From contig JBNRSN020000020.1 of NCBI GenBank assembly GCA_051313645.2, forward strand, positions 116,870,001 through 116,934,000: a stretch of 64,000 nucleotides of DNA. The letters run 5' to 3'. A model generated the notes under the pieces. That model was not told the DNA's origin. It did not search any database and was given only the letters and a program-made list of their open reading frames with translations. This DNA is from Centroscyllium fabricii (lineage: Eukaryota). Positions 13,401 to 25,400 of the stretch are shown here, in pieces. Each line of letters starts with the position of its first letter. Position 1 is the first letter of the stretch. Both the position numbers and the translations under genes were made by a program.

Positions 13401-16400
13401 GGTCAGTGCTGGGAGATGGTAGACAGTGGTGTTCCCCAAGGGTCAGTGCTGGGGGATGGTGGACAGTGGTGTTCCCCATGGGTCAGTGCTGGGGGATGGT
13501 AGACAGTGGTGTTCCCCAAGGGTCAGTGCTGGGGGATGGTAGACAGTGGTGTTCTCCAAGGGTCAGTGCTGGGGGATGGTAGACAGTGGTGTTCCCCAAG
13601 GGTCAGTGCTGGGGGATGGTAGACAGTGGTGTTCCCCAAGGGTCAGTGCTGGGGGATGGTGGACAGTGGTGTTCCCCAAGGGTCAGTGCTGGGGGATGGT
13701 GGACAGTGGTGTTCCCCAAGGGTCAGTGCTGGGGGATGGTAGACAGTGGTGTTCCCCAAGGGTCAGTGCTGGGGGATGGTAGACAGTGGTGTTCCCCAAG
13801 GGTCAGTGCTGGGGGATGGTGGACAGTGGTGTTCCCCAAGGGTCAGTGCTGGGGGATGGTGGACAGTGGTGTTCCCCAAGGGTCAGTGCTGGGGGATGGT
13901 AGACAGTGGTGTTCCCCAAGGGTCAGTGCTGGGGGATGGTGGACAGTGGTGTTCCCCAAGGGTCAGTGCTGGGGGATGGTAGACAGTGGTGTTCCCCAAG
14001 GGTCAGTGCTGGGGGATGGTGGACAGTGGTGTTCCCCAAGGGTCAGTGCTGGGGGATGGTAGACAGTGGTGTTCCCCAAGGGTCAGTGCTGGGGGATGGT
14101 AGACAGTGGTGTTCTCCAAGGGTCAGTGCTGGGGGATGGTAGACAGTGGTGTTCCCCAAGGGTCAGTGCTGGGGGATGGTAGACAGTGGTGTTCCCCAAG
14201 GGTCAGTGCTGGGGGATGGTAGACAGTGGTGTTCCCCAAGGGTCAGTGCTGGGGGATGGTGGACAGTGGTGTTCCCCAAGGGTCAGTGCTGGGGGATGGT
14301 AGACAGTGGTGTTCCCCAAGGGTCAGTGCTGGGGGATGGTAGACAGTGGTGTTCCCCAAGGGTCAGTGCTGGGGGATGGTGGACAGTGGTGTTCCCCAAG
14401 GGTCAGTGCTGGGGGATGGTAGACAGTGGTGTTCCCCAAGGGTCAGTGCTGAGGCCACTGCTTTTTTTGATATACCCTGTAAATATAAATGATCTGGATA
14501 TTGGAATACAGAGTAGAATTTCTGAATTTGACGATGACACCAAACTTGGGGTGCGGCAAACTGTGAGGATGATACCAATCGACTGTAACATGACATAGAA
14601 AGGCTAGCAGAAGGTGCAGACAAGTGGCAGATGTAATTTAATACAGAGAAGTGTGAGGTGATGCATTTTGGCAGAAGGAACAGGGAGAGGCAAAATACAC
14701 TTAATGGCACAGTTTTAAAGAGTGTGCAGGGACAGAGGGACCTGGGAGTTAATGTGCATCGGTCCCTGAAGGTGTCGGGACATATTGAGAGAGTAGTTAA
14801 CAAAGCATATGGGAACTTGGACTTCAGAAATAGAGGGATTACGTCTCTCAGGCAGCCCTCAGAACCGAGGATGACTTGCTTCCACATTAAAAATGAGTTT
14901 GCTGGTGACTGATGAGTCCAATGCAGGACCTAGAATCTCTGTCACAGGTGGGGCAGACGGCGGTTGAAGGGACGGGTGGGTGGGGTGCTTGGGTTGACGT
15001 GCGCTCCTTGCGCTGCCTGTGCTTGGCTTCCGTTTGCTCCCGGTGAAGACACTTGAGGTGTTTGGCACTTTCCCGGATGCTTCTCCACTTTGTGTGATCT
15101 TGAACCAGGGATTCCCAGGTGTTGGTGGGGATGTTGCACTTTTTCAAGGAGGCTTTGAGGGTGTCCTTGAAGCGTTTCCTCTGCCCACCTGGGGCTCTCT
15201 TGCCGTGCCGGAGTTCCGAGTAGAGCACTTGTTTTGGGAGTCTCGTATCGGACATGCGGACAATGTGACCCATCCATCGGAGCTGATCAAGCGAGGTCAA
15301 AGCTTCGATGTTGGGGATGTTGGCCTGAGCGAGAACACTGACATTGGGGCGCCTATCCTTCCAATGAATTTGCAGGATCTTGCGGAGGCAGCTTTGGTGG
15401 CACCTCTCCAGTGCTTTGAGGTGCCTGCTGTACATGGTCCATGTCTGAGGTATACAGCAGGGCGGGTATCACTGCTGTTCTGTAGACCATGAGCTTGAGT
15501 ACAAAAGTAGAGAAGTTATGCTGAACCTTTATAAAGCGCTGGTTAGGCCACAACTGGAGTATTGCGTCCAGTTCTGGTCACCACAATTTAGGAAGGATGT
15601 GAAGGCCTTTGAGAGGGTGCAGAGGAGATTTACCAGAATGATTCCGGGGATGGGGGATCTTAGTTACAAGGACAGGTTGGAGAAGCTGGATTTATTTTCA
15701 TTAGAGCAAAGGAGTTTGAGGGGTGATTTGATAGAGTTGTACAAGATTCTGACGGGTTTGGATAGGCTATACAGGGAAAGGCTGTTCCCACTAGTTGATG
15801 GTACAAGGACTAAGGGACATAGATTTAAGGTTTTGGGCAAGAGATACAGGGGGAATGTGAGAACATAAGAACATAAGAAATAGGAGCAGGAGTAGGCCAA
15901 TCGGCCCTTCGAGCCCGCCCCGCCATTCAATAAGATCATGGCTGATCTGATCCTAACAACCAATCTACTATCACAGAAGCATCTCCTGCATCTAACAGAA
16001 TTCGACACAGGAAATAGGAGCAGGATCAGGCCCGCTCCACTACCCACAGGGCCATGACCGATCTGAACCTAGACTCATGTCCAAGTTCCTGCCCGCTCCC
16101 CGGAACCTTTAATCCTTTTTACGACTAGGAAACTGTCTATTTCTGTTTTAAATTTATGAAATGAATTAGCTTCTACAGCTTTTTGGGGCAGCATGTTCCA
16201 TGGACCGACTACCCTCTGAGTGAAGTAATTTCTCCTCATCTCAGTTTTGAAAGAGCAGCCCTGACGTATCGTCAATATCTCCGATTAAAAGAGTCGACGA
16301 GTAGTTACTAAAGGCTTTTAATCGCTAAGTTTGGAGCTACCCTCCGGAACGAACTTCTGTACAGGAATGAGGAGCCTCGGTCAGTTTCCACCTATAAAGG

Positions 16401-19400
16401 ACCTCACCTGGGGGAGGAGTTAGAGGTGTGGCTGACCTGGCTCCCAACAGTATTACACAGGTTACAGGGCTATGCCCAACAGTATTACACAGGTTACAGG
16501 GCTGTGCCTTACATCTGCACAGCCCATTATTGGCACAATAATACAGTGGTAACAATTACATAATATGGTTACCACAAGCCCCTTATTCTAAGTTTATGCC
16601 CCCTAGTTCTAGTTTCAACCATCATTGGGAACATCTTCCCCGCATCCACCCGATCCAACCCCTTCACAATCTTATATGTTTCAATAAGATCTCCCCTCAT
16701 TCTTCTGAACTCCAATGAGTAGAGTCCCAATCTACTCAACCTCTCCTCATATGTCCAACCCCTCATCCCTGGGATTAACCAAGTGAACCGTCTTTGTACT
16801 GACTTGAGAGCGAGTATGTCCTTTCTTAAGTATGGACACCAAAACTGTATGCAGTATTCCAGGTGCGGTCTCACCAATACCTTGTACAGCTGAAGCAATA
16901 TCTCCCTATTTTTATATTCTATCCCCCTAGCAATGAAAGCCAACATTCCATTGGCCTTCTTAATCACTTGCTGCACCTGCATACTAACCTTTTGAGTTTC
17001 GTGCACCAGGACCCCCAGATCCCTTTGTACTGCAGTACTTTCCAGTTTCTTGCCATTAAGATAATAATCCGCTCTACGATGTTTCCTGCCAAAATGCATA
17101 ACCTCACACTTTCCCGTATTGTACTCCATCTGCCAAATCTCTGCCCACTGACTTAGCCTGTCTATGTCCCCCTGCAGGTTCTTTATGTCCTCCTCATTCA
17201 CCACTTTCCCTCCCATCTTAGTATCATCTGCAAACTTTGATATGTTACACTCGGTCCCCTCCTCCAAATCGTTAATATAAATTGTAAAGAGTTGGGGACC
17301 CAGCACTGACCCCTGCGGAACACCACTAGTTACCGATTGCCAGTCTGAGAATTACCCATTTATCCCAACTCTCTGCCTTCTGTTAGTTAGCCAATCCTCT
17401 ATCCATGCCAGAATAATCCCCCCAATTCTGTGATTTTTTATTTTAAGCAGTAATCTTTTGTGCGGCACCTTGTCAAATGCCTTTTGAAAGTCTAGATATA
17501 CTACGTCCACTGGTTCCCCTTTATCCACCCTATATGTTACTTCCTCAAAGAACTCCAACAAATTTGTCAAACAAGACTTCCCCTTCGTAAAACCATGCTG
17601 ACTTTGTCCTATTAAATTAAGTTTATCCAAATGTCCTGTTACTGTCTCCTTAATAACGGACTCCAAAATTTTACCTACGACAGACGTTAGGCTAACCGGT
17701 CTATAGTTTCCAGCCTTCTGTCTACTGCCTTTTTTAAATAAGGGTGTTACATTCACAGTTTTCCAGTCTGCCGGGACTTTTGCTGAGTCCAGGGAGTTTT
17801 GGAAAATTATTACCAATGCATCGACAATCCTTTTTACGCAGCGAGTGGTGAGGACCTGGAACTCGCTGCCGACAGAAGTGGTGGAAGTGGAGACACTTAG
17901 GTGGGGATTTTCCCGAAGGTGCGGGAACCTGGCGGGTTTTGGTCGGGTCAGGTTTCTGGCCCGCCCGCCCAAGGGCCTGGAAACCCAATGCAATTTTCCC
18001 TAAATTGGTCAATTAATTCCCTACGTGCAGGGAGCCACTTGCAATTGTCTGACTCGAGTCGGCAAGCAACACGCTGTAGCTGGGAGCGAGGACTTTGAGT
18101 GACAGTTCTAGGGACTGTCTGTTGTCAGTTGCCATGGAAACACTCCATTGTAACATCACAATGGAGTGTAACCAATCGCAAAGCCAAAGTGGTTTGAGTG
18201 ACAGGTGGACGGACGCACTGGAAACCTTTCACAGTTAGGGACCGTCTCTCAATCCGTCGGTCAAGATTACTTTTTTAAGGATTTTCTGCACAGATGGCCC
18301 TCAGAAAAGGGAGTCACTTACACCTCCAGGGTGTTGAAGGCCTGGAAAGCATTCTGCTCTCGGTCCTTCAATACCTTGAAGGTGAAAGTGACCAAGGCCA
18401 CTGTGCTCCCAGCGGGGTTTCACCAGCGGGGTTTCAGGATGGCGGGGTTTGGGTGGGAAAGGGTTTAAAATAGGTGAGGGCCCTTAAAATGGGATTATCC
18501 AGTCCAATTAAGGGCCCTTAATTACCTCAACGAGCATCCCCACCAGCGGTGGGCGGGAAAGATTCAGGACGGCTGGACACGCCGCCCGAAACTTTCAAGC
18601 CGGCAGCGATCCGGCAGTGTGGGGGGGTGGGGGGGTCAGGACCCCCCCGGTTTCACGATTTTAGGCCCGGCCCTGCCGGAAAGCTGCCCTCACAGCCACA
18701 AAAATTGCCCCCATCAATGTTTTCAAGGGGAGACTGGATAGGCACTTGAGGGAAATAAACCTGCGGGGCTACGGGGATAGAGCGGGGTAATGGGACTGAC
18801 TGGATTGCTCGACAGAGAGCCAGCATGGACTCGATGTGCTGAGTGGCCTCCTTCTGTGCCGTTATGACTCCTATGACAGAAGGCCATGGAGAGCATGCAA
18901 AAAACATTTACGAGACTGATTCCAGGGATGAGAGACTTCAGTTATGTGGATAGACTGGAGAAGCTGGGGTTGTTCTCCTTAGAGCAGAGAAGGTTGAGAG
19001 GAGATTTGATAGAGGTGTTCAAAATCATGAGGGGTCTGGACAGAGTAGAGAGAGAGAAACTGTTCCCATTGGCGGAGGGGTCGAGAACCAGAGGACACAA
19101 TTCAAGATGATTGGCAAAAGAACCACAGGTGGCATGAGGAAAATCCTTTTTACGCAGCGAGTGGTTAGGATCTGGAATGCACGGCCTGAAAGGGTGGTGG
19201 AGGCAGATTCAATCGTGACTTTCAAAAGGGAATTGGATAAGTACCTGAAGGACAAAAAATTGCAGGACTACAGGGAAAGGGCGGGAGAGTGGAACTAGCT
19301 GAAGTGATCTTGCAGAGAGCCGGCACGAGCTTGACTGGCCAAATGGCCTCCTTCTGTGCTGTTACTATTCTATGATTCTACATCGAATCCCATGGATCCC

Positions 19401-22400
19401 TGAGGGCCAACTAGGCGGGTGGATACCCCACCCAGTAACCTCCTGCCGGCCGGCCATGGGGAACTGGTCCCAAAACCGTCAGGTCTCAAACTATTTCAGT
19501 GGGGCCAGGAAGACCGTTCCGGGTCCACAGTAACCACTCAGAGTGCTGCCCCCTCCCCTGGACTCCCGTCTCCCCCCGGGTCTCTCCCCCCAGGTCCACA
19601 ATAACCACTCAGGGCACTGCCCCCTCCCCTGGACTCCCCTCTTCCTCGGGTCTCTCCCCCCAGGTCCACAATAACCACTCAGGGCACTGCCCCCTCCCCT
19701 GGAGTCCCCTCTCCCCTGGGTCTCTCCCCCCGGGTCCACAATAACCACTCAGGGCGCTGCCCCATCCCCTGGACTCCCCTCTCCCCGGGTCCACAATAAC
19801 CACACGCTCTGATCTTTATCTCTGTAGTTATTCAGTCCCAGTGAACTTGATCAAATGATCAGATCGGAGGCCTCGCCGTTGCGGTCTCAGCATTGTGGGG
19901 TTCGGAGGCTGTCTGTACCCCTCCAAGTGTTTCCTTCTGCGGTGAGATTTCTGTATCCCGGTCCTTGCTCAAGGAGATTTACCAGATGGTGGAATTTGCC
20001 ACTGTTACAAAAGATATTCTTTCAGTTTGTGGCGACACGCCCACCGGCAGCAACGAATCCGCTCCAGGAACCCTGCAAGACGGCCCCGCCCACCGGGCGG
20101 CGCACTGACGTCGCCGGCATCCCCGACGTGATGACATCGCCAGGTGGCCGACCAGCAGTGACGTCACCTACCGTGGGACCTTTAAATACCTGAGCGCCAG
20201 GTGGTTCACTCTCTTTCCCACCTGGCCCTAGCTGTAACAACATTAAAAGTTAATCTTCCGAATCCTCTGTGTCCAGTGTGGTCCTTCGGCCCTGTATGCC
20301 TCTACAGTGGTGACCTCGATACTTGGGACGACTCTCAAGTGAACAATGAAGCAGTCGCTGCAGGACTGAGGGCCAAACTGCCTCAGTGGAATCGCTATCA
20401 CCATGCCAGCAGCGAACGACCCAGCACGCCAAAGCAGACGGGGCCAACTCTACCACCAGATCCCAGCCCTACCGCAGTTCTGGGAGTTCCGTCCAGCGGC
20501 CTGGTTCCTCAACACGGAGAACACCTTCCGCATCTATGGCGTGCAGGGAGACGACCGCTACAGCCTGCTCTTCGCAGCCCTTGCACAGTCCACCATCGAC
20601 AGAATGTGGGACACCATCGAGCAAGATACTACTGCTGGCAGGTACGAATCGCTAAAGGCCGCGCTGCTTGAAAAATTTACCCCAACCATTTTCGAGCGCG
20701 ATTGCCAGGTCATTAACCTCCCCGACCTGGGAGACGCAGACCCCACCGACTTGTGGGCCCAGTTCGAGGCGCTCAATCGCGACTCGGCCACCCTTAAGCG
20801 CGCCCTGTACCTCCTTAAGCTGCCCCCCTCCATCAGACCGACACTGACGGTCTTGGAGCACCTCTCAAACAGGCAGCTAGCTCAGGAGGCAGACAAGCTC
20901 ATTAAGGCCGAGCGCACCCGCATCACCATGCACCGTTACGCTGCCGCCCAACAAGAGCAGCACTACGCGCAACCCCGGCCCCAACTCAGAGCTGCGCGGA
21001 CACACAAAAAACCGCGCGCCACGGGACCCGGCTGGTGCTACTACCACACCAGGTTTGAGGCCAAAGCGCAGCGCTGCGTCCAGCCCTGCACCTTCAAACC
21101 CCAAACCAGCCCAGGCCCCACCATGTGCGTCGGCCGCTCCGGAGCACTGCTCTTCATGACAGACAGTGTCTCAGGCCTCCGTTTCCTCTGCGACACAGGC
21201 GTGCAGCACAGCATTGTGCCAGCCTCCCCCGCAGAATCCAAGCAGGGCACCCAAGGCCCACCACTCGAAGCCACAAACTGCTCCGAGATACTCACGTTCG
21301 GTACCCGCCAGCTTACGATTAAGCTAGCAGGCCACAGGTACACGTGGGAATTCATTACCGCGCAGGTTAAAATACCCCTACTCGGGGCCGACTTTCTGTG
21401 CGCCCACGGGCTCCTAGTCGACGTCACCCGGCGCCGCCTGGTCGACATCCACCTCATGTCGACCATCCCTTGCTCCGCAGGCCCAGCACACCAGACCCAC
21501 GCAGCAGCCCACTGCCGGGCCCGGAACTCCGACACGTACGCCACGCTGCTCGCTGAGTTCCCGGCCCTCACCAATCCCACTTTCACAGCCCGCTCCGCCA
21601 AGCACGGCGTTGAGCACCACATCACCACCACAGGCCACCCAGTCCATGCCCACGCACGCAGGCTAGACCCAGCCAAGCAGGAGATCGCGCGCGCCGAGTT
21701 CCACATCATGGAACAGCTCGGCATAATCCGCCGCTCCAGCAGCCCCTGGGCCTCCCCCCTCCACATCGCCCCCAAACCCGACGGCGGCTGGCGCCCCTGC
21801 GGAGACTACCGCCGCCTCAACAACGCCACCACCCCCGACAGGTACCCCGTCCCCCACATCCAAGATTTTTCCGCAAGGCTAGCCGGCTGCATGGTCTTCT
21901 CAAAGATCGACCTGGTACGGGGCTACCACCAAGTTCCAGTGCACCCGGCGGACGTCCCTAAGACAGCCGTCATCACCCCATTTGGCCTGTTCGAATTCCT
22001 CCGAATGCCCTTCGGACTTAAAAACGCGGCCCAGGCCTTCCAGCGCCTCATGGACTCAGTCCTCCGGGACCTGCAGTTCACATTCGTCTATCTGGACGAC
22101 ATCCTAGTGGCCAGCACCTCCCTCCAGGAACACCTCATCCACCTCAGGACCCTTTTCAACCGCCTGGCCGAACACGGCCTTATATTAAGCCCCTCCAAGT
22201 ATCGATTCGGCCTCGAGGCTATCGACTTCCTCGGCCACCACATCTCCCAGACCGGGGCCATACCCCTGCCCTCCAAGGTGCAGGCGGTCCAGGAATTCCC
22301 CCGCCCGCACTCCATCAAGGGGCTGAAGGAATTCCTCGGGATGGTTAATTTTTACAATCGTTTCATCCCCGGAGCAGCCGCTCTCATGGCCCCCCTCTAT

Positions 22401-25400
22401 CAGGCCACCCGCGGGCAGTCCAACAAGGCTGCAGTCGAGTGGACGGCCGAGGCCGCCACCGCCTTCACCGCAACTAAAACAGCCCTGGCCAACGCCACGC
22501 TCCTCAGCCACCCTAGGCCCAATGCCAGAGTAGCCCTCACCACCGACGCCTCCGACCACGCTGTCGGAGCAGTCTTTGAGCAGTGGACGGGTGACTCCTG
22601 GCAGCCACTGGCCTTTTTCAGCCGACAACTCCGGCCCCCAGAGGTCAAGTACAGCGCCTTCGATAGGGAGCTACTCGCTCTCTACCTCGCGGTGCGCCAC
22701 TTTCGCTTCCTCTTGGAGGGCCGCCACTTCACAGCCTTCGTGGATCACAAGCCACTGGTCTCCGCAATGGCTAAGATCTCCGAACCCTGGTCGGCCAGGC
22801 AGCAGCGCCAGCTCGCGGCCGTGTCCGAATTCACGACCGACATCCAGCACATTGCCGGCCGTGACAACGTGGTCGCTGACTGCCTCTCACGCCCCGCCAT
22901 CGGCAAAGCAACCCCCGACCACCCCCCATGGCCCACCAGCGGCAAACCTGCCACCGGCCACCCCCTGCGCCCCGCCACCAGCAGCGCGGGCCCCACCGGC
23001 ACACAAACCGCCGAGCACCCCCCACGCCCCGCCATCGACAGCGCGGTCGCCGACAACCCCCCACCACCCGCCACCGACCACGCCTGCGCGCACTGCCTCT
23101 CATACCCAGCCACCAACTCCGTCCAGACGGCCGTCGACTACACCAAAATGGCGGCCGACCAACTGACCGACCCCGACCTCCTCGACCCCGCCAACAAACT
23201 CCCCGGCCTGCTCCTAGCCACCGTAGCACACGGACCCACAGCCACGAGGGTCCGCTGCGACGTCACCCTGCCCCAACCCAGACCCGTCGTCCCCCACACG
23301 TGGAGGCAACACATCTTTCAGACCCTCCATGGCCTATCCCACCCCGGTGTCCGCGCATCCACCAAGCTCATCTCTGCGCGATTCGTTTGGCGCGGCCTAC
23401 GCAAAGACGTCCGCGCCTGGACCACCTCCTGCAATGCCTGCCAGCGCGCCAAGGTGCACAACCACATCAAGGCACCGCTCGAGCCAATCGCCATCCCAGC
23501 TAGACGATTCAGCCACGTTCACATTGACCTGGTCGGACCACTACCCCCATCACGTGGACATTCATACCTCTTAACAATGGTCGACCGCACCACCCGCTGG
23601 CCCGAAGCGGTTCCCCTCAGCACGACCACCACCGCCGAACTGGCCAGGGCCTTCATTGCCACCTGGGTCGCCCGGTTCGGCGTCCCCACCGACATCACTT
23701 CAGACAGGGGCCCCCAATTCACTTCAACCCTATGGTCAACCATCGCTCACGACCTCGGGGCAACCCTGCACCGAACCACCGCCTACCACCCACAGGCCAA
23801 CGGCCTCTGCGAACGGTTCCACCGATCGTTCAAGGCCTCCCTGCGGGCCAGCCTCCAGGACGCAACCTGGACCGACCGCCTGCCCTGGGTAATGCTCGGC
23901 CTCCGCTCGGCGGCCAAAGAAGACCTACACACCTCGGCAGCCGAGCTGGTATATGGCCAACCACTAACTGTACTGGGCGAGTTCGTGGCAGAAACAAACG
24001 AACCCTGGTCAGCCGAGCGCTGCCTCAGAGACTTTAACAACCAGGCAGCAGCATTCAAACCACTTCCGGTGGCCCGGCACGGACAGCCAGCGGCACGTGT
24101 TCCCGAGGGCATCCAAGCCGCCAAGTATGCGTTTGTCCGCCATGACGCACACCGAACTCCGCTGCAGCCACCGTACGACGGACCATTTAGAGTGCTTCGG
24201 GCGGGACCCAAAACTTTTGACATTAAAATGGGCAACAGAACTGAGACCATATCTATTGACCGGCTCAAACCAGCACACGTAATGGCGGGCGAGACAACAG
24301 TCCCCGCACAACCACCAAAGCGCGGACGCCCTACCGCACCAAACCCCGCCCACACTCCCACGCAGAACAAGGAGCAGCGCATGACACGTGCCGTCCGCAT
24401 CATCAGGCCACCTCAGCGCCTCGCCTGAGACGACACGTGCGGGCCACACCATCAGGCCGCCACAACACCATTCTTTGACCCACGGAACAGCACACAACAC
24501 CTGCCGGCCACAACATCAGGCCATTGCGGCAAACTGCCGGACATTCTGTGTGATATCGAAATGTGTGTTTGCTCTCCTTTATGTCTCCCTCTCCTCTAGG
24601 TCCAACCACGCTTTCCCTCACGGATTCTGGGGGGGAGCTGTGTGGCGACACGCCCACCGGCAGCAACGAATCCGCTCCAGGAACGCTGCAAGACGGCCCC
24701 GCCCGCCGGGCGGCGCACTGACGTCGCCGGCATCCCCGACGTGATGACGTCACCAGGTGGCCGACCGGCAGTGACGTCACCTACCGCGGGACCTTTAAAT
24801 ACCTGAGCGCCAGGTGGTTCACTCTCTTTCCCACCTGGCCCTAGTTGTAACAACATTAAAAGTTAATCTTCCGAATCCTCTGTGTCCAGTGTGGTCCTTC
24901 GGCCCTGTATGCCTCTACAAGTTTGTGTTTTCCGTTTCAGACCATTGGGTGGCAGTGGCTCCCACAGGGATCTGAGCAATTAGTCACCACCGCAATGAGA
25001 GGGAGAAATAATCGTAAACTGCATTTGGGAATCTTGTACATCAGAAACTGGGAGAGTTCGGGGCTGTGACAGTCTCCGTTTCATTGAAACCCTCCCTGTA
25101 AACCCCACCTCACTGCCCCTCACCCAGCGGCATCGGGAACACCCCGGCAGTTTGTTTACCTTCTATCCCAGACATTCATAGCTACTTTACAAAATGTAAC
25201 CATCCTGAATACTGCTGGAATATATCTCACAGTGCAGAGGTGGTCTGGTCAATGAGCTTCGACAGAATTCCATTGTAATTCCAAAATAGAAAGAAGCCAT
25301 TCGGTCTCAGCAGTCCGTGCTGGTTTATCGTCCACACCAGCAGTATCCTAATCCCAATACCCGCCCTGTTCCCAGATCGCTTTATACCCCTTTGCTTCAA

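Larger units (their letters stand above)
10230..15860 (+). mobile_element. Old CR1 copy interrupted by a tandem array and an RTE insertion
   Basis: Collinear EN/RT motifs at 10230-11450, 14451-14840 and 15496-15860. Confidence 0.75.

Noticed and set aside
11451-14450. CRISPR-like array or repetitive protein ORFs
   Set aside because: Head-to-tail units with no unique spacers; the ORFs are by-products of a 40-bp period in a eukaryotic intron.
21041-24500. Long antisense ORFs over the Gypsy elements
   Set aside because: Expected shadow ORFs of GC-rich coding sequence, with no recognisable domains.
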